Source: Azolla caroliniana
Lineage: Eukaryota; Plantae; Polypodiophyta
Reading direction: 5' to 3'
NCBI GenBank assembly: GCA_043228905.1
Contig: JBHGNT010000014.1
Span: 21,001,784-21,065,783 of the forward strand
Length of the DNA: 64,000 bases
In this document: piece by piece, positions 54,690 through 64,000 of the stretch
Numbering within the stretch: position 1 is the stretch's first letter
How the letters are laid out: each line of letters begins with the position of its first letter
Translations under genes and position numbers: made by a program
The notes under the pieces: model-generated
Databases searched by the model: none
Told to the model about the DNA's origin: nothing
The model's input: the letters and a program-made list of their open reading frames with translations, nothing else

Positions 54690-57460
54690 TTGCCAAATTT
54701 GAGGAATGAGTTGGGAAGAGCTAGTAGGTAAATTAAAATGTTCATACCTGGCTCGTGTGATATCGGATTTTTGTGTTCAAACATGCGAATCGAAGCTAAC
54801 AATGCTAGCTATGATATGGAATTAAAAAATCAAGATTTTGAAACTCAGGTCGAGAGACATGACGAAATTACCAAACATGAGGAGGGAGTTCAGAGGAGCC
54901 CTTGAGTAAATTAAAATGTTCATACCTGGGGAGTGTGATATCGGATTTTTGTGTTCAAGCATGCGAATCGAAGCTAACAATGCTAGCTATGATATGGAAT
55001 TAAAAAATCAAGATTTTGAAACTCAGGTCGAGAGACATGACGAAATTACCAAATTTGAGGGGTGAGTTGGGAAGAGCTAGTTGGTAAATTAAAATGTTAA
55101 GACCTGGGGAGTGTGATATCGGAATTTTGTGTTCAAACATGCGAATCGAAGCTAATAATGCTAGCTATGATATGGAACTAAAAAATCAAGATTTTGAAAC
55201 TCAGGTCGAGAGACATGATGGAATTAAAAAATTTGAGGAGTGAGTTGGGAAGAGCTAGTTGGTAAATTAAAATGTTCATACCTGGCGAGTGTGATATCGG
55301 ATTTATGTGTTCAAACATGCGAATCGAAGCTAACAACGCTAGCTATGATATGGAATTAAAAAATCAAGATTTTGAAACTCAGGTCGAGAGACATGACGAA
55401 ATTACCAAATTTGAGGAATGAGTTGGGAAGAGCTAGTAGGTAAATTAAAATGTTCATACCTGGCTCGTGTGATATCGGATTTTTGTGTTCAAACATGCGA
55501 ATCGAAGCTAACAATGCTAGCTATGATATGGAATTAAAAAATCAAGATTTTGAAACTCAGGTCGAGAGACATGACGAAATTACCAAACATGAGGAGGGAG
55601 TTCAAAGGAGCCCTTGAGTAAATTAAAATGTTCATACCTGGGGAGTGTGATATCGGATTTTTGTGTTCAAGCATGCGAATCGAAGCTAACAACGCTAGCT
55701 ATGATATGGAATTAAAAAATCAAGATTTTGAAACCCAGGTCGAGAGACATGACGAAATTACCAAATTTGAGGAGTGAGTTGGGAAGAGCTCGTTGATAAA
55801 TTAAAATGTTCATACCTGGCTCGTGTGATATCGGATTTTTGTGTTCAAACATGCGAATCGAAGCTAACAATGCTAGCTATGATATGGAATTAAAAAATCA
55901 AGATTTTGAAACTCAGGTCGAGAGACATGACGAAATTACCAAATTTGAGGAGTGAGTTGGGAAGAGCTAGTTGGTAAATTAAAATGTTCATACCTGGCTC
56001 GTGTGATATCGGATTTTTGTGTTCAAACATGCGAATCGAAGCTAACAATGCTAGCTATGATATGGAATTAAAAAATCAAGATTTTGAAACTCAGGTCGAG
56101 AGACATGACGAAATTACCAAACATGAGGAGGGAGTTCAGAGGAGCCCTTGAGTAAATTAAAATGTTCATACCTGGCTCGTGTGATATCGGATTTTTGTGT
56201 TCAAACATGCGAATCGAAGCTAGCAATGCTAGCTATGATATGGAATTAAAAAATCAAGATTTTGAAACTCAGGTCGAGAGACATGACGAAATTACCAAAT
56301 TTGAGGAATGAGTTGGGAAGAGCTAGTAGGTAAATTAAAATGTTCATACCTGGCTCGTGTGATATCGGATTTTTGTGTTCAAACATGCGAATCGAAGCTA
56401 ACAATGCTAGCTATGATATGGAATTAAAAAATCAAGATTTTGAAACTCAGGTCGAGAGACATGACGAAATTACCAAACATGAGGAGGGAGTTCAGAGGAG
56501 CCCTTGAGTAAATTAAAATGTTCATACCTGGGGAGTGTGATATCGGATTTTTGTGTTCAAGCATGCGAATCGAAGCTAACAATGCTAGCTATGATATGGA
56601 ATTAAAAAATCAAGATTTTGAAACTCAGGTCGAGAGACATGACGAAATTACCAAATTTGAGGGGTGAGTTGGGAAGAGCTAGTTGGTAAATTAAAATGTT
56701 AAGACCTGGGGAGTGTGATATCGGAATTTTGTGTTCAAACATGCGAATCGAAGCTAATAATGCTAGCTATGATATGGAACTAAAAAATCAAGATTTTGAA
56801 ACTCAGGTCGAGAGACATGATGGAATTAAAAAATTTGAGGAGTGAGTTGGGAAGAGCTAGTTGGTAAATTAAAATGTTCATACCTGGCGAGTGTGATATC
56901 GGATTTATGTGTTCAAACATGCGAATCGAAGCTAACAACGCTAGCTATGATATGGAATTAAAAAATCAAGATTTTGAAACTCAGGTCGAGAGACATGACG
57001 AAATTACCAAATTTGAGGAATGAGTTGGGAAGAGCTAGTAGGTAAATTAAAATGTTCATACCTGGCTCGTGTGATATCGGATTTTTGTGTTCAAACATGC
57101 GAATCGAAGCTAACAATGCTAGCTATGATATGGAATTAAAAAATCAAGATTTTGAAACTCAGGTCGAGAGACATGACGAAATTACCAAACATGAGGAGGG
57201 AGTTCAAAGGAGCCCTTGAGTAAATTAAAATGTTCATACCTGGGGAGTGTGATATCGGATTTTTGTGTTCAAGCATGCGAATCGAAGCTAACAACGCTAG
57301 CTATGATATGGAATTAAAAAATCAAGATTTTGAAACCCAGGTCGAGAGACATGACGAAATTACCAAATTTGAGGAGTGAGTTGGGAAGAGCTCGTTGATA
57401 AATTAAAATGTTCATACCTGGCTCGTGTGATATCGGATTTTTGTGTTCAAACATGCGAAT
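54690..57460. repeat. Duplication with 9-monomer (1602 bp) offset
   Basis: TTCAAAGGAG at 55601/57203; AAACCCAGG repeats at the same offset. Confidence 0.82.
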
Positions 57461-58465
57461 CGAAGCTAACAACACTAGCTATGATATGGAATTAAAAAAT
57501 CAAGATTTTGAAACTCAGGTCGAGAGACATGACGAAATTACCAAATTTGAGGAATGAGTTGGGAAGAGCTAGTAGGTAAATTAAAATGTTCATACCTGGC
57601 TCGTGTGATATCGGATTTTTGTGTTCAAACATGCGAATCGAAGCTAATAATGCTAGCTATGATATGGAATTAAAAAATCAAGATTTTGAAACTCAGGTCG
57701 AGAGACATGACGAAATTACCAAACATGAGGAGGGAGTTCAGAGGAGCCCTTGAGTAAATTAAAATGTTCATACCTGGGGAGTGTGATATCGGATTTTTGT
57801 GTTCAAGCATGCGAATCGAAGCTAACAATGCTAGCTATGATATGGAATTAAAAAATCAAGATTTTGAAACTCAGGTCGAGAGACATGACGAAATTACCAA
57901 ATTTGAGGAGTGAGTTGGGAAGAGCTAGTTGGTAAATTAAAATGTTCATACCTGGCTCGTGTGATATCGGATTTTTGTGTTCAAACATGCGAATCGAAGC
58001 TAACAATGCTAGCTATGATATGGAATTAAAAAATCAAGATTTTGAAACTCAGGTCGAAAGACATGACGAAATTACCAAACATGAGGAGGGAGTTCAGAGG
58101 AGCCCTTGAGTAAATTAAAATGTTCATACCTGGCTCGTGTGATATCGGATTTTTGTGTTCAAACATGCGAATCGAAGCTAGCAATGCTAGCTATGATATG
58201 GAATTAAAAAATCAAGATTTTGAAACTCAGGTCGAGAGACATGACGAAATTACCAAATTTGAGGAATGAGTTGGGAAGAGCTAGTAGGTAAATTAAAATG
58301 TTCATATCTGGCTCGTGTGATATCGGATTTTTGTGTTCAAACATGCGAATCGAAGCTAACAATGCTAGCTATGATATGGAATTAAAAAATCAAGATTTTG
58401 AAACTCAGGTCGAGAGACATGACGAAATTACCAATTTTGAGGAGTGAGTTGGGAAGAGCTAGTAG

Positions 58466-58645
58466 GTAAATTAAAATGTTCATAGCTGGCTCGTGTGATA
58501 TCGGATTTTTGTGTTCAAACATGCGAATCGAAGCTAACAATGCTAGCTATGATATGGAATTAAAAAATCAAGATTTTGAAACTCAGGTCGAGAGACATGA
58601 CGAAATTACCAAACATGAGGAGGGAGTTCAGAGGAGCCCTAGTAG
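58466..58645. repeat. 180-bp chimeric B/A monomer (+2 bp phase break)
   Basis: Junction CAGAGGAGCCCT|AGTAGGTAAA. CATAGCTGGC at 58481 and 58661 is 180 bp apart. Confidence 0.88.
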
Positions 58646-60539
58646 GTAAATTAAAATGTTCATAGCTGGCTCGTGTGATATCGGATTTTTGTGTTCAAAC
58701 ATGCGAATCGAAGCTAACAATGCTAGCTATGATATGGAATTAAAAAATCAAGATTTTGAAACTCAGGTCGAGACACATGACGAAATTACCAAATTTGAGG
58801 AGTGAGTTGGGAAGAGCTTGTAGGTAAATTAAAATGTTCATACCTGGCTCGTGTGATATCGGATTTTTGTATTCAAACATGCGAATCGAAGCTAACAATG
58901 CTAGCTATGATATGGAATTAAAAAATCAAGATTTTGAAACTCAGGTCGAGAGACATGACGAAATTACCAAATTTGAGGAGTGAGTTGGGAAGAGCTAGTT
59001 GGTAAATTAAAATGTTCATACCTGGCTCGTGTGATATCGGATTTTTGTGTTCAAACATGCGAATCGAAGCTAGCAATGCTAGCTATGATATGGAATTAAA
59101 AAATCAAGATTTTGAAACTCAGGTCGAGAGACATGACGAAATTACCAATTTTGAGGAGTGAGTTGGGAAGAGCTAGTAGGTAAATTAAAATGTTCATACC
59201 TGGCTCGTGTGATATCGGATTTTTGTGTTCAAACATGCGATTCGAAGCTAACAACACTAGCTATGATATGGAATTAAAAAATCAAGATTTTGAAACTCAG
59301 GTCGAGAGACATGACGAAATTACCAAATTTGAGGAATGAGTTGGGAAGAGCTAGTAGGTAAATTAAAATGTTCATACCTGGCTCGTGTGATATCGGATTT
59401 TTGTGTTCAAACATGCGAATCGAAGCTAATAATGCTAGCTATGATATGGAATTAAAAAATCAAGATTTTGAAACTCAGGTCGAGAGACATGACGAAATTA
59501 CCAAACATGAGGAGGGAGTTCAGAGGAGCCCTTGAGTAAATTAAAATGTTCATACCTGGGGAGTGTGATATCGGATTTTTGTGTTCAAGCATGCGAATCG
59601 AAGCTAACAATGCTAGCTATGATATGGAATTAAAAAATCAAGATTTTGAAACTCAGGTCGAGAGACATGACGAAATTACCAAATTTGAGGAGTGAGTTGG
59701 GAAGAGCTAGTTGGTAAATTAAAATGTTAAGACCTGGGGAGTGAGATATCGGAATTTTGTGTTCAAACATGCGAATCGAAGCTAATAATGCTAGCTATGA
59801 TATGGAACTAAAAAATCAAGATTTTGAAACTCAGGTCGAGAGACATGATGGAATTAAAAAATTTGAGGAGTGAGTTGGGAAGAGCTAGTTGGTAAATTAA
59901 AATGTTCATACCTGGCGAGTGTGATATCGGATTTATGTGTTCAAACATGCGAATCGAAGCTAACAACGCTAGCTATGATATGGAATTAAAAAATCAAGAT
60001 TTTGAAACTCAGGTCGAGAGACATGACGAAATTACCAAATTTGAGGAGTGAGTTGGGAAGAGCTCGTTGATAAATTAAAATGTTCATACCTGGCTCGTGT
60101 GATATCGGATTTTTGTGTTCAAACATGCGAATCGAAGCTAACAATGCTAGCTATGATATGGAATTAAAAAATCAAGATTTTGAAACTCAGGTCGAGAGAC
60201 ATGACGAAATTACCAAATTTGAGGAGTGAGTTGGGAAGAGCTAGTTGGTAAATTAAAATGTTCATACCTGGCTCGTGTGATATCGGATTTTTGTGTTCAA
60301 ACATGCGAATCGAAGCTAACAATGCTAGCTATGATATGGAATTAAAAAATCAAGATTTTGAAACTCAGGTCGAGAGACATGACGAAATTACCAAACATGA
60401 GGAGGGAGTTCAGAGGAGCCCTTGAGTAAATTAAAATGTTCATACCTGGCTCGTGTGATATCGGATTTTTGTGTTCAAGCATGCGAATCGAAGCTAACAA
60501 TGCTAGCTATGATATGGAATTAAAAAATCAAGATTTTGA

Positions 60540-63500
60540 AACTCAGGTCGAGAGACATGACGAAATTACCAAATTTGAGGAGTGAGTTGGGAAGAGCTAG
60601 TTGGTAAATTAAAATGTTAAGACCTGGGGAGTGTGATATCGGAATTTTGTGTTCAAACATGCGAATCGAAGCTAATAATGCTAGCTATGATATGGAACTA
60701 AAAAATCAAGATTTTGAAACTCAGGTCGAGAGACATGATGGAATTAAAAAATTTGAGGAGTGAGTTGGGAAGAGCTAGTTGGTAAATTAAAATGTTCATA
60801 CCTGGCGAGTGTGATATCGGATTTATGTGTTCAAACATGCGAATCGAAGCTAACAACGCTAGCTATGATATGGAATTAAAAAATGAAGATTTTAAAACTC
60901 AGATCGAGAGACATGACGAAATTACCAAATTTGAGGAATGAGTTGGGAAGAGCTAGTAGGTAAATTAAAATGTTCATACCTGGCTCGTGTGATATCGGAT
61001 TTTTGTGTTCAAACATGCGAATCGAAGCTAACAATGCTAGCTATGATATGGAATTAAAAAATCAAGATTTTGAAACTCAGGTCGAGAGAGATGACGAAAT
61101 TACCAAACATGAGGAGGGAGTTCAGAGGAGCCCTTGAGTAAATTAAAATGTTCATACCTGGGGAGTGTGATATCGGATTTTTGTGTTCAAGCATGCGAAT
61201 CGAAGCTAACAACGCTAGCTATGATATGGAATTAAAAAATCAAGATTTTGAAACTCAGGTCGAGAGATATGAGGAAATTACCAAATTTGAGGAGTGAGTT
61301 GGGAAGAGCTTGTAGGTAAATTAAAATGTTCATACCTGGCTCGTGTGATATCGGATTTTTGTGTTCAAACATGCGAATCGAAGCTAACAATGCTAGCTAT
61401 GATATGGAATTAAAAAATCAAGATTTTGAAACTCAGGTCGAGAGACATGACGAAATTACCAAACATGAGGAGGGAGTTCAGAGGAGCCCTTGAGTAAATT
61501 AAAATGTTCATACCTGGGGAGTGTGATATCGGATTTTTGTGTTCAAGCATGCGAATCGAAGCTAACAACGCTAGCTATGATATGGAATTAAAAAATCAAG
61601 ATTTTGAAACTCAGGTCGAGAGATATGACGAAATTACCAAATTTGAGGAGTGAGTTGGGAAGAGCTTGTAGGTAAATTAAAATGTTCATACCTGGCTCGT
61701 GTGATATCGGATTTTTGTGTTCAAACATGCGAATCGAAGCTAACAATGCTAGCTATGATATGGAATTAAAAAATCAAGATTTTGAAACTCAGGTCGAGAG
61801 ACATGACGAAATTACCAAATTTGAGGAATGAGTTGGGAAGAGCTAGTAGGTAAATTAAAATGTTCATATCTGGCTCGTGTGATATCGGATTTTTGTGTTC
61901 AAACATGCGAATCGAAGCTAACAATGCTAGCTATGATATGGAATTAAAAAATCAAGATTTTGAAACTCAGGTCGAGAGACATGACGAAATTACCAAATTT
62001 GAGGAGTGAGTTGGGAAGAGCTTGTAGGTAAATTAAAATGTTCATACCTGGCTCGTGTGATATCGGATTTTTGTATTCAAACATGCGAATCGAAGCTAAC
62101 AATGCTAGCTATGATATGGAATTAAAAAATCAAGATTTTGAAACTCAGGTCGAGAGACATGACGAAATTACCAAATTTGAGGAGTGAGTTGGGAAGAGCT
62201 AGTTGGTAAATTAAAATGTTCATACCTGGCTCGTGTGATATCGGATTTTTGTGTTCAAACATGCGAATCGAAGCTAGCAATGCTAGCTATGATATGGAAT
62301 TAAAAAATCAAGATTTTGAAACTCAGGTCGAGAGACATGACGAAATTACCAATTTTGAGGAGTGAGTTGGGAAGAGCTAGTAGGTAAATTAAAATGTTCA
62401 TACCTGGCTCGTGTGATATCGGATTTTTGTGTTCAAACATGCGATTCGAAGCTAACAACACTAGCTATGATATGGAATTAAAAAATCAAGATTTTGAAAC
62501 TCAGGTCGAGAGATATGACGAAATTACCAAATTTGAGGAGTGAGTTGGGAAGAGCTTGTAGGTAAATTAAAATGTTCATACCTGGCTCGTGTGATATCGG
62601 ATTTTTGTGTTCAAACATGCGAATCGAAGCTAACAATGCTAGCTATGATATGGAATTAAAAAATCAAGATTTTGAAACTCAGGTCGAGAGACATGACGAA
62701 ATTACCAAATTTGAGGAATGAGTTGGGAAGAGCTAGTAGGTAAATTAAAATGTTCATATCTGGCTCGTGTGATATCGGATTTTTGTGTTCAAACATGCGA
62801 ATTGAAGCTAACAATGCTAGCTATGATATGGAATTAAAAAATCAAGATTTTGAAACTCAGGTCGAGAGACATGACGAAATTACCAAATTTGAGGAGTGAG
62901 TTGGGAAGAGCTTGTAGGTAAATTAAAATGTTCATACCTGGCTCGTGTGATATCGGATTTTTGTATTCAAACATGCGAATCGAAGCTAACAATGCTAGCT
63001 ATGATATGGAATTAAAAAATCAAGATTTTGAAACTCAGGTCGAGAGACATGACGAAATTACCAAATTTGAGGAGTGAGTTGGGAAGAGCTAGTTGGTAAA
63101 TTAAAATGTTAAGACCTGGGGAGTGTGATATCGGAATTTTGTGTTCAAACATGCGAATCGAAGCTAATAATGCTAGCTATGATATGGAACTAAAAAATCA
63201 AGATTTTGAAACTCAGGTCGAGAGACATGATGGAATTAAAAAATTTGAGGAGTGAGTTGGGAAGAGCTAGTTGGTAAATTAAAATGTTCATACCTGGCGA
63301 GTGTGATATCGGATTTATGTGTTCAAACATGCGAATCGAAGCTAACAACGCTAGCTATGATATGGAATTAAAAAATGAAGATTTTAAAACTCAGATCGAG
63401 AGACATGACGAAATTACCAAATTTGAGGAGTGAGTTGGGAAGAGCTAGTAGGTAAATTAAAATGTTCATACCTGGCTCGTGTGATATCGGATTTTTGTGT

Positions 63501-64000
63501 TCAAACATGCGAATCGAAGCTAACAATGCTAGCTATGATATGGAATTAAAAAATCAAGATTTTGAAACTCAGGTCGAGAGAGATGACGAAATTACCAAAC
63601 ATGAGGAGGGAGTTCAGAGGAGCCCTTGAGTAAATTAAAATGTTCATACCTGGGGAGTGTGATATCGGATTTTTGTGTTCAAGCATGCGAATCGAAGCTA
63701 ACAACGCTAGCTATGATATGGAATTAAAAAATCAAGATTTTGAAACTCAGGTCGAGAGATATGAGGAAATTACCAAATTTGAGGAGTGAGTTGGGAAGAG
63801 CTTGTAGGTAAATTAAAATGTTCATACCTGGCTCGTGTGATATCGGATTTTTGTGTTCAAACATGCGAATCGAAGCTAACAATGCTAGCTATGATATGGA
63901 ATTAAAAAATCAAGATTTTGAAACTCAGGTCGAGAGACATGACGAAATTACCAAACATGAGGAGGGAGTTCAGAGGAGCCCTTGAGTAAATTAAAATGTT
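60540..64000. repeat. Duplication with 14-monomer offset (2492 bp), with an intervening 5-monomer-offset (890 bp) repeat
   Basis: AAATGAAGATTTTAAAACTCAGATCG at 60881/63373; CATATCTGGC at 61865/62755. Confidence 0.8.

Larger units (their letters stand above)
32890..55680. repeat. 48-mer (8544 bp) duplication; copy 1 (~32890-47130) expanded to 80 monomers, copy 2 ~47130-55680
   Basis: ACCCAGGTCG at 32949/47189/55733 (offsets 14240 = 80x178 and 8544 = 48x178); ATGATATGTA at 33451/47691; TCTGGAAGAG at 36911/42607/51151. Confidence 0.88.
1..64000. repeat. 178-bp tandem satellite DNA array (~360 monomers, single orientation), probably centromeric or pericentromeric
   Basis: The anchor GTAAATTAAA (occasionally ATAAATTAAA) recurs every 178 bp, e.g. 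2028, 2206, 2384 ... 63986. TTTGAAACTC occurs at 60001 and 60179. I saw no unique sequence and no strand switch. A centromeric role is inferred only from unit length and HOR organisation. Confidence 0.98.
4751..64000. repeat. Satellite subfamily II (homogeneous domain with A-type and B-type monomers)
   Basis: Diagnostic motifs AAATTACCAAA and TATGGAATT. A-type: CAAATTTGAGGAGTGAGTTGGGAAGAGCTAGTWGGTAAA. B-type: CAAACATGAGGAGGGAGTTCAGAGGAGCCCTTGAGTAAA. Confidence 0.9.

Noticed and set aside
32890-57460. Large near-identical duplications as pure assembly artefacts
   Set aside because: The copies carry private, hierarchically consistent SNVs, which favours real events. Artefact cannot be fully excluded without reads.
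60211-60250. G-quadruplex in the G-rich segment GAGGAGTGAGTTGGGAAGAG
   Set aside because: It lacks four G3 runs. It is only a purine-rich, G-skewed tract.
1-64000. CRISPR-like or cassette-array reading (conserved part plus ~35-bp variable segment)
   Set aside because: The variable segments are homologous alleles of a few types rather than unique spacers. The unit is 178 bp, and there are no cas, integrase or recombinase genes and no leader.
1-64000. Identity with Arabidopsis CEN178/180 or primate alpha satellite; CENP-B box
   Set aside because: Only the length is similar. I recognise no sequence similarity from memory and saw no TTCG-N4-A-N2-CGGG motif on either strand. A database search is needed for naming.
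1-64000. 5S rDNA, tRNA or snRNA tandem array; telomeric repeats; transposon insertions or inversions
   Set aside because: I found no recognisable RNA-gene sequence or telomere motif runs, no non-satellite sequence and no orientation change.

Overview
The whole 64-kb window is one uninterrupted, head-to-tail eukaryotic satellite array of about 360 monomers, all in the same orientation. The monomer is 178 bp and about 36% GC. I find no credible genes, RNA genes, transposons or CRISPR array; the listed ORFs are chance read-throughs of the repeat. Main consensus: TTTGAAACTCAGGTCGAGAGACATGACGAAATTACCAAATTTGAGGAGTGAGTTGGGAAGAGCTAGTTGGTAAATTAAAATGTTCATACCTGGCTCGTGTGATATCGGATTTTTGTGTTCAAACATGCGAATCGAAGCTAACAAYGCTAGCTATGATATGGAATTAAAAAATCAAGAT. 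Nucleosome-sized units, higher-order repeats (HORs) and CpG/CHG-type transitions suggest a plant (peri)centromeric satellite, but I cannot name the family or species. A more divergent, indel-rich subfamily (1 to ~4750, plus an island at ~6190-7040) gives way to a homogeneous subfamily. That subfamily is built from nested duplications with offsets of 2, 3, 4, 5, 6, 8, 9, 11, 13, 14, 21, 23 and 48 monomers. The most notable signals are a datable 48/23/9-mer nested duplication, an 89+89 bp two-half monomer whose first half is a degenerate palindrome, a 15-bp templated multi-base variant, and microhomology junctions at the few phase breaks. Coordinates were counted by hand, so block boundaries are approximate to about one monomer.
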